In this document: piece by piece, positions 1 through 11,200 of the stretch | Layout of the letters: every line of letters starts with the position of its first letter | Numbering within the stretch: position 1 is the stretch's first letter | Source: a virus | Lineage: Duplodnaviria; Caudoviricetes | Virus record (IMG/VR): IMGVR_UViG_3300032305_000642 | Location: 1-58,614 of that record | Strand: one strand, 5' to 3' | Length of the DNA: 58,614 nt | Program-made: the position numbers and the translations under genes | Notes under the pieces: generated by a model | What the model was told of the DNA's origin: nothing | The model's database searches: none | Seen by the model: only the letters and a program-made list of their open reading frames with translations

Positions 1-360
1 ATTGAAGGCGTTCAGCATGATGCAATAGATTTAGCACAGAAACAAGCTAATGACCGTATAAGAGCAAGGCGTGAAGCAGAGTTAAAGAAAGAACGGGCGC
101 TGATCAAAGCGCTTGAAGAATGGAAACGAAAGAAGCAAATCTCCGATGAGGAGGCTGATTTAAAGATTAAGTTTGTAAAACAGTATGGTGCTAAAGAGTG
201 GGAAGCCATACTAAAAATTAAATTAGATATTGAAAATATGCAACGCAAAGACAACGAAGAATACCAACACGATTTAAAAGCAGTTAGACGAGTACAGTTT
301 TATTGCTTTGCAGCAGCAGCAGTTATAGCTTGGTATTTAACTTGGGGTTATAAATTTTAA
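1..360 (+). CDS. 5'-truncated coiled-coil protein with C-terminal hydrophobic segment (lysis-region membrane protein)
   Basis: Frame 1 is open from base 1 to TAA at 358-360: IEGVQHDAIDL...VQFYCFAAAAVIAWYLTWGYKF. Not in the ORF track. Confidence 0.75.
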   Translation: MEGVQHDAIDLAQKQANDRIRARREAELKKERALIKALEEWKRKKQISDEEADLKIKFVKQYGAKEWEAILKIKLDIENMQRKDNEEYQHDLKAVRRVQFYCFAAAAVIAWYLTWGYKF

Positions 361-369
361 GGATTAACT

Positions 370-786
370 ATGTTTCCAATAGGCGCTTTACTTGACATCG
401 GTGGAAAGATACTAGACAAGGTCTTTCCTGATCCCGCACAGGCAGAACAAGCTAAGTTAAAACTACTTGAGATGCAACAAAATGGCGAGCTAGCACAGAT
501 TGCAGCAGATACCGCAGAACAGCAAGAGCTTACTAAAAGACAGCAAGCCGACATGCTTTCTGATTCTTGGCTGTCTAAAAACATTCGCCCTATGACGCTA
601 TTGTTCATTCTTGGTGGTTATTTTATATTTGCCATGATGTCTGCTTTTAATCTAGATACCAATCGTGCTTATGTAGAACTTCTTGGGCAATGGGGTATGC
701 TCATTATGTCATTCTACTTTGGTGGTCGTACTCTTGAAAAGATTATGGACATGAGATCAAAGGAAAAAAATGAATCTAAGTCCTAA
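370..786 (+). CDS. Holin (GTA 3TM-type holin-like)
   Basis: SDSWLSKNIRP...SFYFGGRTLEK motif, hydrophobic helices, directly upstream of endolysin. Confidence 0.8.
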   Translation: MFPIGALLDIGGKILDKVFPDPAQAEQAKLKLLEMQQNGELAQIAADTAEQQELTKRQQADMLSDSWLSKNIRPMTLLFILGGYFIFAMMSAFNLDTNRAYVELLGQWGMLIMSFYFGGRTLEKIMDMRSKEKNESKS

Positions 787-1198
787 TTTTACGCTTGAAG
801 AATTAACACATACTGACCATAGGGAGTTTAGCAATGAACCCAACACCTCTGAAATGGAGAATCTTACTCGCCTTGCAGCTTTTCTTGAACAAGTTAAAAC
901 AGTACTGGGAGGCAAGCCAGTCATGGTTAACAGCGCATTTCGCAGTAAACAGGTTAACGACGCAGTGGGTTCTAAAGACACTAGCCAGCATCGCATTGGT
1001 TGTGCTGCTGATATACGTGTGCCTGGCATGACGCCAGATGAAGTGGTTAAAGCTGTTATTGCTGCCGGTTTAGGATACGACCAAGTTATTCGTGAGTTTG
1101 ACCGCTGGACGCATATTAGTGTACCTAACACAAAAGAGATGACACCCCGCCGACAAGCACTTATCATTGACAAAGCAGGAACAAGACTTTACGCCTAG
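770..1198 (+). CDS. Endolysin, peptidase M15A family
   Basis: LSPNFTLEE start; SAFRS, SQHRIGCAAD and WTHIS zinc-ligand motifs. Confidence 0.9.
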   Translation: MNLSPNFTLEELTHTDHREFSNEPNTSEMENLTRLAAFLEQVKTVLGGKPVMVNSAFRSKQVNDAVGSKDTSQHRIGCAADIRVPGMTPDEVVKAVIAAGLGYDQVIREFDRWTHISVPNTKEMTPRRQALIIDKAGTRLYA

Positions 1199-1206
1199 GG
1201 TAAACC

Positions 1207-3363
1207 ATGCCATTACAGAAAGTACAACTTCGCCCCGGATTAAACCGTGAAGGCACCGACTATGCAAATGAGGGTGGATACTTTGACGGCGATAAAATTC
1301 GTTTTCGTTCAGGTTTTCCTGAAAAGATTGGCGGTTGGGTTCGTTTAAGCACAGCAAATTTCTGGGGAATATGCCGTTCTTTATGGAATTGGGCTACACT
1401 TAACGGCTCAAACTTGCTGGGTATTGGTACTAACCTCAAGTACTACATTGAAAACGGCGGTGTTTATTACGACATTACCCCCATTGTTAGTAGCGTAAAT
1501 GAAGTAAATGCCATCTCTACAGGCTTTACTACACTAGTTGCAAACGTAAACGCTACAACCACAACCTTTACTGTTACTAACGGTAACAACTTCCCACCCC
1601 AAAACGGTGTTGTAAAGATTGATTCTGAGGTTATTTTTTACAATGCGCTAAGTAGCAACGTTGCTACAAACTGTATTCGTGGGTATAACAACACTACAGC
1701 AACCGTTCACACTGCCGGGGCAAACGTACGTAGCGCATTTTTTGTATTAAAAGACACCAACAATGATACTAGTGACAAAGACTTTGTTATTCTCTCAAAC
1801 TGCTCGGTATCTTCAATTGGCGGTATAGCCAACACCGTTATCAATGGCGAGCATCAAGTGTTTAAATACAGCACTGGAATTGACTTTGCCTTGGCTTCTA
1901 CTGCTGACAACAACTTGTCAAACGTAACATACTGCACCTCTGCAGTTGCCAATACCGCTAACGTAACAGTACAAAACGAATACCCATCTGGCTTACCTGT
2001 TTACTCTCTTGGTACTGGCTGGGGCGCAGGTCCTTGGAGCCGTGGTGGTTGGGGCACTGCATATACTGGTGGTACAGGTGTAGGTCAGCAGCTACGCCTT
2101 TGGTCTAACGATAACTATGGTCAAGATTTAATTATTGCCCCTCGTGGTGGTCAGATTTTCTATTGGGAAGCAGCTAACGGGATTGGTAACCGTGCTAAAT
2201 ATTTAGCAGATTTAGCTAACGTAGTGTCTGCTGGTTCTGGTGTATGGGTGCCAACAGAAACAAACCAAGTAGTTGCTTCTGCTATCCAACGCTTTGTTAT
2301 TGCGTTTGGTGCTAATAGTTTTGCAGTTGGTGATCCCAATACTGATTTTGACCCAATGCTTGTACGTTGGTCAGACCAAGAAAACCCGTACGAGTGGGTT
2401 CCAGATATAACTAATCAATCCGGTGAGTTCCGCTTATCTAATGGCTCATATATTATGACTGCCAAGGCAACCCGTCAAGAGATCTTGGTTTGGACTGATT
2501 CAGCCATTTATTCTATGCAGTACCTAGGACCTCCTTATGTGTGGGGCTTCCAGATTTTGATGGATAACATCTCCATCATATCGCCTAACGCTGCAATTAC
2601 AATTAACAACGTTACCTACTGGATGGGTACCGATAAGTTCTACATGTACTCTGGTCGTGTAGAAACGCTACCTTGTTCTCTTTGGCAGTATGTTTTTGAC
2701 GATATAAATAAAGACCAAGGCTATCAAGTAACCGTTGGCGGTAACGAAGGATACAACGAGATATGGTGGTATTACTGCTCAACTAGTACCACTCAAATTG
2801 ACAAATACATTATTTACAACTACCTTGAAAGAGTCTGGTATTACGGTACTTTAAATCGTACTGCATGGCTAGATTCTGGTATTCGTCAGAACCCAATGGC
2901 TACGTTTATTAATGGCACGGACGATGTTGGCAACCCACTAGGGCGTGTTGTGTACCATGAAGTAGGCAATGATGATGTGTCTGGTTTAGCAGCGTTGCCT
3001 ATTTCTTGCTATGTACAATCTTCTGATTTTGACATTGGCGACGGGCATAACTTTGGTTTAGTGTGGCGCATACTTCCTGACGTTAACTTTACAGGCTCAA
3101 GCATAAATCAGCCGTCTGTAGTTATGACTTTAAAACCGCGTCAAAATTCTGGTAGTGCTTACGGTACTGCAGATATGCCTGTAACTACTAGCTCAGATAA
3201 CTACACTTTGGGACCGCAGTACACAATCCAACAGTTTACTGGACAGGTTTATACCCGCTTACGTGGTCGCCAAATGGCAATGCGCATATCCTCAGATGGT
3301 CTTGGGGTAGCTTGGCAAATGGGTACACCCCGTATTGATATTAAGAACGATGGTAGAAGATGA
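1207..3363 (+). CDS. Tail tubular/nozzle (head-closure) protein with inserted Thr/Asn-rich beta domains
   Basis: 718 aa, beta-propeller-like Trp-rich repeats (VRWSDQE, YWMG, EIWWYY); position before the ejection genes. Confidence 0.7.
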   Translation: MPLQKVQLRPGLNREGTDYANEGGYFDGDKIRFRSGFPEKIGGWVRLSTANFWGICRSLWNWATLNGSNLLGIGTNLKYYIENGGVYYDITPIVSSVNEVNAISTGFTTLVANVNATTTTFTVTNGNNFPPQNGVVKIDSEVIFYNALSSNVATNCIRGYNNTTATVHTAGANVRSAFFVLKDTNNDTSDKDFVILSNCSVSSIGGIANTVINGEHQVFKYSTGIDFALASTADNNLSNVTYCTSAVANTANVTVQNEYPSGLPVYSLGTGWGAGPWSRGGWGTAYTGGTGVGQQLRLWSNDNYGQDLIIAPRGGQIFYWEAANGIGNRAKYLADLANVVSAGSGVWVPTETNQVVASAIQRFVIAFGANSFAVGDPNTDFDPMLVRWSDQENPYEWVPDITNQSGEFRLSNGSYIMTAKATRQEILVWTDSAIYSMQYLGPPYVWGFQILMDNISIISPNAAITINNVTYWMGTDKFYMYSGRVETLPCSLWQYVFDDINKDQGYQVTVGGNEGYNEIWWYYCSTSTTQIDKYIIYNYLERVWYYGTLNRTAWLDSGIRQNPMATFINGTDDVGNPLGRVVYHEVGNDDVSGLAALPISCYVQSSDFDIGDGHNFGLVWRILPDVNFTGSSINQPSVVMTLKPRQNSGSAYGTADMPVTTSSDNYTLGPQYTIQQFTGQVYTRLRGRQMAMRISSDGLGVAWQMGTPRIDIKNDGRR

Positions 3364-3665
3364 GTACTGGTACAACTAAAGCTCCTAACTTACCGATTGC
3401 TCCTGTTGAGTATAGCCAACAGTATCAAGATCAGCTTAATAACGTCATGCGTTTATATTTTGCTCAGTTAGACACTCCCGGTGTTTGCGCTATGTCAACG
3501 CTAAGAACAGGTAATAGGGTCGTTTCTGCCCTTAATTTTAGCCAAGCTAACGCTACTGGAGTACAGGTTTTAAGTCTGCCTACACAAGTAGAAATTGCTG
3601 ATCTACGAATAGGTGATGTTTATGTAGACACATCTAACGCAAATGTTTTGAAAGTCAAGGTTTAA
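3360..3665 (+). CDS. Hypothetical virion protein
   Basis: ATGA overlap with the previous gene; PNLPIAPVEY start. Confidence 0.65.
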   Translation: MSTGTTKAPNLPIAPVEYSQQYQDQLNNVMRLYFAQLDTPGVCAMSTLRTGNRVVSALNFSQANATGVQVLSLPTQVEIADLRIGDVYVDTSNANVLKVKV

Positions 3666-3675
3666 ATGGTAAACT
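3648..3675 (+). promoter_or_regulatory. Putative sigma70 promoter for ejection-protein genes
   Basis: TTGAAA-16bp-TAAACT with TGn extension. Confidence 0.4.
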
Positions 3676-3703
3676 TCAACATAATTAACCCTGTGAGGCT
3701 TGC

Positions 3704-5227
3704 ATGAGTCTGCATAAGCTATCTAATAATATCCAGTCGCAAGGGCGTGGTAATGACTCCATGCTTGTACACATGTCTCCACGCGAAGTTGGTGGGCTAC
3801 AACAGCTTGCCAAGTCTCAAGGTGGATCACTAAGTGTAAACCCTAATACCGGTCTTGTTGAGGCTGGTTTCTTAGAGCAAGCCCTTCCTATTGTTGCTGC
3901 TGCTGCAGCTACGTATTTTACTGCTGGTGCTGCCGCTCCTGCCCTTTCTGCCGCTTTAGGTAGCACAATGGCTGGCGGTATATTAGCAGGTGCTGGAGCT
4001 GGCGCCCTTATTGGTGGTGGTTCTGCTGCACTGCAAGGTAAAGATGCTGGACAAGGCGCTCTCTATGGAGGTATCGGAGGCGCTATTTCTGGTGGTACTG
4101 GCGCTTATGATTCTACTGGTAGTTTGTTTAGTGGGGCAACGCAAGCTCCAACGCCGGTAGACGCTTCAACCTTAGCAACCCCGACAATTACTAGTACTCC
4201 TACTGCAGCTGAGCTCACTCAGCTGCGCGCCCCTGTAACTGACACTGCGTATACCCAAGCACTAAATGCTACTCCCGGTGGCACAGCCACACAACAAATG
4301 GCTACTCCACAACAAGTTGCGGATATTAAGGGCTTTACTCAAGGTATTCAACCGCCCCCTCCAACACCGGGTTCTGATTTTTACGCTAGCTCAAACCCAC
4401 TTACTAAGGCTGGTCTTTTAGCGTTACCGGGTTTTGGTGCTGCGGCTGACGATAAAACAAGTATGCCGGGCGGTGATCAGTATGATGAAAACAGCCCGTA
4501 CCGTATGCGTTTGGCTAATAACTTTCAAGGCGCTGCGCCTATACGTCCAAACCCATACTACCAAGCTAACTATGGTGGCTACGCAGGTGGCGGTTTAGCG
4601 CAACTTCAAGGCACAATGTACCCGCAAAGTCAGCAAGACTCTACTCAGTTTGCTACACCAACACAAATGCCTACAAGCGCTGAAGTTATACGTTCTGACT
4701 ATGAGCCTATATCAAACTCTCAGACAGGGCAAATGACAATGATGGCTGTTGGTGGCAATCCTGCTGACCAAAAGAAAAAGAAACCTACTCGTACTACTGC
4801 ATCTAAATTAGCTGCCATGGACCCATACGAAGCGGCTGTTGCTGGGATTGGTAACGCCGAATATGGAGCGCAAATGCCTAGTAGCGGCGTAGATGCGTTA
4901 AAACCTAGAATACAGTTGGGTCAGTTAAATTTAGCTCGTGGGGGTATCTCTGATTTAGGGGGTTATTCAGATGGCGGTCGTATGCTTAAAGGGCGTGGCG
5001 ATGGCATGTCTGATTCTATTCCTGCTACTATCGGAAACAAACAACCAGCTAGATTGGCAGACGGAGAGTTTGTTGTTCCAGCCGATGTTGTTTCACACTT
5101 AGGCAATGGCTCTACCGATGCCGGCGCAAAGCGCCTTTATGCCATGATGGATAAGGTTCGCCAAGCTCGTACAGGTAAGAAGAAACAAGCACCTGCGGTT
5201 AACCCAAAAAGACTGATGCCCGCATGA
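3704..5227 (+). CDS. Putative internal virion/ejection protein
   Basis: Gly/Ala-rich hydrophobic N-half; C-terminal G.GDG.SDSIPA...LADGEFV domain; several xxxGG motifs. Confidence 0.6.
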   Translation: MSLHKLSNNIQSQGRGNDSMLVHMSPREVGGLQQLAKSQGGSLSVNPNTGLVEAGFLEQALPIVAAAAATYFTAGAAAPALSAALGSTMAGGILAGAGAGALIGGGSAALQGKDAGQGALYGGIGGAISGGTGAYDSTGSLFSGATQAPTPVDASTLATPTITSTPTAAELTQLRAPVTDTAYTQALNATPGGTATQQMATPQQVADIKGFTQGIQPPPPTPGSDFYASSNPLTKAGLLALPGFGAAADDKTSMPGGDQYDENSPYRMRLANNFQGAAPIRPNPYYQANYGGYAGGGLAQLQGTMYPQSQQDSTQFATPTQMPTSAEVIRSDYEPISNSQTGQMTMMAVGGNPADQKKKKPTRTTASKLAAMDPYEAAVAGIGNAEYGAQMPSSGVDALKPRIQLGQLNLARGGISDLGGYSDGGRMLKGRGDGMSDSIPATIGNKQPARLADGEFVVPADVVSHLGNGSTDAGAKRLYAMMDKVRQARTGKKKQAPAVNPKRLMPA

Positions 5228-5640
5228 CGCTAGCTATTCAGCCCGTACCAGTACAACTTGTTAACCAGATTTGGGACAAGGTTGAGCCGTTCATTAAGAA
5301 TGCTGAAGAGAAGTTTGGTGGGGCAGAATATACGGCTGAGCAAATTAAGGTGTACCTTGTGATGGGCGAGTGGATGTTGTTGGTTGCTACAGATGAGAAC
5401 AAAGAAATACACGGTGCAGCTACCGTTAATTTTATTAATTACCCCGGTGACAGGGTTGCTTTTGTTACCGCTATTGGTGGAAAATTAGTGTCAAGCCTAG
5501 AGACGTTTGAACAAATGTCAAATATCTTTAAGGCTAATGGCGCTACTAAGATTCAAGGGTTGGCTAAAGAAGCTGTTGCTAGGCTATGGAAACGTTTTGG
5601 CTTTGAAGAAAAAGCCATCTTGGTGGAAACTAAAATATGA
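5224..5640 (+). CDS. GNAT-like/acetyltransferase-fold internal virion-associated protein
   Basis: 138 aa, ARLWKRFGFE C-terminal GNAT-like motif; position analogous to T7 gp13. Confidence 0.45.
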   Translation: MTLAIQPVPVQLVNQIWDKVEPFIKNAEEKFGGAEYTAEQIKVYLVMGEWMLLVATDENKEIHGAATVNFINYPGDRVAFVTAIGGKLVSSLETFEQMSNIFKANGATKIQGLAKEAVARLWKRFGFEEKAILVETKI

Positions 5641-6761
5641 GCTTTATAAAATCTAAACACAGTGGTTGGCTTGCTGACGGTACACGTACTCCTTTTATGG
5701 GTGGTGGTGGTAGCAGCCCTTCAAGCACAACTACACAGACTTCAAACATCCCCGAATATGCCCGTCCGTATGTAGAGAATATGATGGGCGCTACACAAGC
5801 GCAACTGTTTAATACTAGTAAAGTAGGTGGTAGAGAAGCTACGCCAGCTACGTACGATGCCCAAGGAAACATGCTTACCCCGGGAGAAGCGGCTGTTGAA
5901 GGCCGTACAGAAATTACTGGTTTTAAACCATACCAAGCATACAGCCAAAATGTAAACGATTACTTTGCCGGCCCTTCTGGTATGCAGCGTCAGTCGTACC
6001 AAGGTATGGCTAATATGAATGTTGCCCCACAGTTGGCTGAAGGCTCTCAGATGGCTGGCATGGCGGGTCTTGGGTCTTTTGGTCTTGGTTCACAGGCTGC
6101 TGGTGCTGGCGGTCGTTATGCTCAAATGGCTACTGACCCTAGTTCTGTTTCAGCGTATATGTCGCCTTACATGCAGAATGTAGTCGACTACCAAAAAAGT
6201 TCTGCTTTGCGTGACTACGCTATGGCTCAGCCAAAACTAAAAGCACAAGCTGTTGGTCAAGGTGCGTTTGGCGGTAATCGTATGGCACTGCAACAAGCTG
6301 AAGCTGGTCGCGGTTTAATGTCTCAGTTGCAAGGTATTGAAGCCCAAGGCGCACAATCTGCATTTGATAAGGCTACGCAAGCACAACAATACGGCGCTAA
6401 CTTAGGTTTACAGGGTTTACAGACAGGCTTGCAAGGGTACAACCAAGCACTTAATGCTGGTAGCACTTTGGGTCAGTTAGGTCAAACTCAATATGGTCAA
6501 CAGATGGGTATTCTGCAAGGGCAGAACCAGTTTGGTCAACAGCAGCAGCAAATGGAACAGCAGAAGATTAACCAAGCTATTCAAGACTACGCTACCGCTC
6601 AACAGTACCCAATGATGCAGTTAGGTTTTATGTCTAACATGCTACGTGGATTGCCTATGCAAGCTACCACGACACAACAATACCAAGCACAAGCACCGCT
6701 TGCACAACAAGCTGCAGGTTTAGGTCTTGGCGCTCTTGGCGCATATAAAGCGTTTAGTTAA
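5637..6761 (+). CDS. Putative DNA transfer/ejection protein
   Basis: Gln/Gly-rich, GGGGS-TTT N-terminus, GAFGGNR motif, hydrophobic C-terminus. Confidence 0.65.
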   Translation: MSFIKSKHSGWLADGTRTPFMGGGGSSPSSTTTQTSNIPEYARPYVENMMGATQAQLFNTSKVGGREATPATYDAQGNMLTPGEAAVEGRTEITGFKPYQAYSQNVNDYFAGPSGMQRQSYQGMANMNVAPQLAEGSQMAGMAGLGSFGLGSQAAGAGGRYAQMATDPSSVSAYMSPYMQNVVDYQKSSALRDYAMAQPKLKAQAVGQGAFGGNRMALQQAEAGRGLMSQLQGIEAQGAQSAFDKATQAQQYGANLGLQGLQTGLQGYNQALNAGSTLGQLGQTQYGQQMGILQGQNQFGQQQQQMEQQKINQAIQDYATAQQYPMMQLGFMSNMLRGLPMQATTTQQYQAQAPLAQQAAGLGLGALGAYKAFS

Positions 6762-6769
6762 GGAAATAT

Positions 6770-8215
6770 ATGATCTCTACAATGCCAAAAAGCGGGCAAG
6801 CCCCTTCCTCTCCTAACGCTATGCCCGGTGGCCTAGGTGCTATTCTTCAGCAGCCTGGTGCTGCTCCAAAAGGTGCTTCTCCTAGAAGTATTGCGGCTAT
6901 TATGGATCGTGCCCGCACTATGAGCGATATGCAACTGGCAGATGTGTTGTCAGGTAAAAGCCTTGACGTTCCACAATATGTTGCTATGACCGAAGCCATG
7001 GGTCGTAAATCCCTGCGCACGGCTATGCAGGGTCAGCAAGCCCAGCAACAAGCAAAACAGCCGTCTGTTAAAGATAGGCTAATGGCTGAAGAAGCCGCAG
7101 CGCAGATGGCGCAAGCCCCACAAGGTGGTATAGATCAGTTGCCTGCACCTAATATGGGTTCAGTTGATATGGCTAGCGGCGGTATTGTGGCGTTTGAAGA
7201 AGGCGGTGAAGTACTTCGCTTTAATGAAGGCGGAAACTTTTTTACTAGGTTTCGAGACAGTTTGTATAGCCCCGAAGAAATACGTTACGAAAATATGAAA
7301 CGTGGCAGGCCAACAGACGAGCCAACAGATAAACTTTCAGAAAATCAATTAAATGCAATTAGTAGGGGCAAACCTTTACCTGCTGCTGAAGTACCAATGC
7401 CTTCTGCAGAAATGCAAAAAGAAATAGACGATTCTAAAATGCGTTTGTTTAGGCAAGAAATGGCAGCCAAAGAAGAAGCCGCTAATGTTAAAGCTCCTGC
7501 GGGCGGTCCTACTCAAGCCCAAAGAGATGCGTTCTATGAAAAGGCAGCCCCTAAAAAATCAGGTATTGCTACTCTTACTGAAGACGCGCCTAAGAAAACA
7601 GATGACGGCTATTTATCTAAGCTAGCCGGTGTTGGTGAAAAAACTCGCTCAGGTATTGCAGGCCTTAAAAACGAAGCGCAATCACAGATTTTGTTTGACG
7701 CCATGTCTGCTTTAATGGGTAACCGTAATCTTGCTGAAGCGGGTGGTAAATTTGGTACATTGGCTGCCGGTCGTGTTGGTGCTATGAACAAAGAGAAACG
7801 TTCGCTTGAAAAAGAAGCTAATGAGTACGACCTTAACCTTGCTAGATACCAAGAGGCTGTTAAGTCTGGCGACCAAGATCGTGCGATGCAACTTAAGAAA
7901 ATGCTGATGGACAATCAGTACCAGATGGCTATGGTTAATAAGCCTGACAGCGGTATTGCTATGCTTAACGCTCTTCAAGACCCAGAAAAGATGAAGATAT
8001 ATCAAGAAATGTATTCGTCTAGAAAGCCAACAACTCAAATGTCGTTGTCTGATGCTACTAAAGAATGGAACGACATGGCAGAAAAGAACAGAAGGCGCTT
8101 TAAAGAACTGCAAAGTATGGGTATTAATAGCGAACAAGACTATTACAAATACGTAAATGGTTCATTGTTATCTGCTACAATTCCCGGACAAGGCGCACAA
8201 ACAAGACCATACTAG
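6770..8215 (+). CDS. Putative internal virion/ejection protein
   Basis: Helical, lies between an ejection protein and the giant protein; MASGGIVAFEEGGEVLRFNEGG triple motif. Confidence 0.6.
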   Translation: MISTMPKSGQAPSSPNAMPGGLGAILQQPGAAPKGASPRSIAAIMDRARTMSDMQLADVLSGKSLDVPQYVAMTEAMGRKSLRTAMQGQQAQQQAKQPSVKDRLMAEEAAAQMAQAPQGGIDQLPAPNMGSVDMASGGIVAFEEGGEVLRFNEGGNFFTRFRDSLYSPEEIRYENMKRGRPTDEPTDKLSENQLNAISRGKPLPAAEVPMPSAEMQKEIDDSKMRLFRQEMAAKEEAANVKAPAGGPTQAQRDAFYEKAAPKKSGIATLTEDAPKKTDDGYLSKLAGVGEKTRSGIAGLKNEAQSQILFDAMSALMGNRNLAEAGGKFGTLAAGRVGAMNKEKRSLEKEANEYDLNLARYQEAVKSGDQDRAMQLKKMLMDNQYQMAMVNKPDSGIAMLNALQDPEKMKIYQEMYSSRKPTTQMSLSDATKEWNDMAEKNRRRFKELQSMGINSEQDYYKYVNGSLLSATIPGQGAQTRPY

Positions 8216-8244
8216 TTTCGCCAGCTAGTTAACTGAGTAAATTT

Positions 8245-11200
8245 ATGCCATATTTGCGCTTACCTGATGGTTCCTACATGGATGTGCCCGAGGGGGTATC
8301 ACAAAGCGAGGCATTAGCGCACGCAAAAGAAAAATACAAAGAGCTTTATAAGCCAGCAGAGAAGCCTGACACCGGGCTAACTGGCGCAGCTAAAGCAAGC
8401 TACCAAACATTAAAAGGCGATATTGCCGCCCTAGCTGGACGTTCTGGCTTAATGGATATTGCAGAAGCTGAAAAGTATCGACAAGAACGTCAAGCCGAAG
8501 CAAAAAGAGTATTTAAGCCTACCGAAGAAGGTTGGACTGAAGCGCCGTTCTTAAAAGCACGTGAGTTACTTGGTGGTTCGTTGCCGTATATGGCAGCTCC
8601 TATTGCTGTTGGCGGTGCTGCTGCTTTAGGCGGTGCACCTATTGCTGTTGGCGCTGGTTTAGCTGGTTTGGCGTCTGCCGGTCAGTTTACTGGTTCAAAC
8701 CTTTCTCGCCAAATGGATGAAGGTAAGCAGCTTAAAGATACTGACCTTATGGCTGCAGGTGCTGCAGCTATTCCACAAGCGGCTTTGGATGTTGTTGGTT
8801 TTAGATTCCTACCAGGCATACAAAGGATATTTAAATCTGCGGGTTTACCCTTAACAGAGGAAGCCGCTAAGAAAGTTCTTGAAGCTGGTACGCTTAAAAC
8901 AGTCGGACAGTATGTAGCTGGGGGCGCCAAGATCGGTGGTATTGAAGGTGCTACTGAAGCAGGTCAACAGTTTTTTGAACGCGTACAGGCTGGCTTAAAC
9001 ATTGCTGACGAACAAGCCCGTAAAGAATACCTTGAAAGCTTTATTGGTGGTGCCGTACTGGGTGGTATTGCTTCTCCGTTTGGTGTTGCTGGTAAGCGTG
9101 GTGAAGCTCGTGATGTTGTAGCTAAAGCTCAAACTAAACGTGATGAAGACGCTGCACTAGCAGAAGAAGCACGCAAACAAACTCCAGAATACAAAGCAGA
9201 ACTTGAAACCCAACGCAACACCTTGCAAGGGCGCATCACTGAAATTCAATCGGTTCTTAAAGACCCACGCCTTGATAAACAAGCTGTTGAAGAAGGCAAA
9301 AAAGAAATTAGCGACCTACAAGCCCAGCTTAAGGGTATTGTTGGCGAACTAAAAACAGCCGGTGCTCCAGCCGAAGAAACTACCGCATTTAGTATTGACC
9401 AAGCAATTGCTGAACGTAAATCTCAGGAAGAAGCCGAAGCTGCTAAAACTGCTGAAGCGCAAAAAGTTAAAGAAAATTCTGAAAGCTTTATTAAAGAACA
9501 CCAAGGGCTTGCAAGCACAGTAGACTATCTACAGACCAAGTTACAAAACGCTATGAAAGAGGGCAACCTCGCTCAGGTTGAGACTTTTGGTGATTTACTC
9601 GATAAAAAGAATGCAGAGTTAAGTCAGCTATCTGATTTAGCACAACGTGCTGGCATAAACGTACGTACTCCAGAAGCGCAGTTAAAGAGTGCTAATACGG
9701 CGTTACGTAAAGCTCAAAAGAATTTATCTGACGCTAGCGAAGATGCTGATCTGACCGCTGATAAACGAAAAGAGCTTATTCAAGCGGTTAAAGATGCCCA
9801 AGCTAGTGTTGATGACTTGGCTAAACAAATTAGCACTCGTAAAGAAGAACAAGTATCAAGCGCTGGATTAGCTGCTAAGCAACAAGAGCGCATGCAAGGG
9901 CCTACTAAGTACAACAAAACTGTTGGCAAACAGCTTGAAAACCATTTAAAAACACAGCGTCCAGAAGACCCTATTGCTGCTCAGCAATACGATGCTAAAA
10001 CAAAAGACCTTGAATCTAGAGTGTTTGAAGTTCTTAGCGATGAAGAGATTGGTCAGCCAATTGATATGGCTGAGTACGAGCTTAAAGTTAATGAGATGAC
10101 TAACAACCGTCTTGCTGGTTTAGCGGCAGCGGCTACCGAGCGTCAAAGAGCTTTTGGTGAAATGGATGTGGCTCAGAAAGTAGCTGACGATATTGACGGT
10201 GGTAAGCTGTTTAATGAATCTGCCAAGATGCTTGGCTTGCCAACTAATGCTGGTAAGAACGGTAGATGGTCGTTTAGCGACCCTGAAGAAGCTGCGCTTT
10301 TACTTAAAGAAGTATCTTCTACAATAGATCAGATTGAAAAAGACCGTGCAACATCAGAGCAATATGGAATGGGTTTACCTGCGGATCCACGCTTGCCATA
10401 CCTTGAACAGATTTTTGAAAAGATAAACGAAGTTGCTGCGGTTGAGCCAGGTACACTGCCAAAGTCTAAAGTTGAGTCTCGCAGAGATTTACGCTATCAG
10501 CAAGACAAAATACCTTCAGCACAGAAGTTGTTTAAGCCTGATCTGCCGGTTGGTGAGTACACACCTAAGCACCTTGAGAAAATTCGTGCTGAATTAGCTG
10601 AAATTAATAGACTGCTTGGCTATGATGAACAAAACGAAGCAGCTAAAAAAGCTGAAAAAGCCCGACTAAACCGCACAATCAAAAAAGCAAAAGCAACTAT
10701 TGCTCGTAAAACAGCATCTGAAGCTGACAAAAAAGCTGCGCAAAAAGCAATTACTACTGCTGAAGCAGAAAAGAAACGCATTGATAATGAAAAAGTAGGT
10801 GTGTCAAAAGGTGTTGATTTATTTGCTAATAAAAAGAAAGCGCTTGCAGAAATTGATGCAAACATAAAAGCGCAGCAAGCCATTGTTGATAACAAAGAGT
10901 CTTCTGAAAAAGATGTATATTGGGCAAAAGACAGAATTGCAAAACTAAATATTGCTAAAAAATCCCATAGCGCTTTAAAAACTCCAGAGCAAAAAGAATT
11001 TTTAGAAAGGCTTGAAAAACGTAAAGCCCGTCTTGAAAATGAAATTCTTGATGCAACTTTACCAATACGTGCCAAAGGCAAAGCGCCTAAGTATTTACGT
11101 ATTGAGTCTGATATTGAGACGCTTGAAACTCAACTTAAAGAAGCAACGGCTCCTAGCGAAATCAAACGTTTACAAAACCGTATTGTTAATGCGCAAACTA

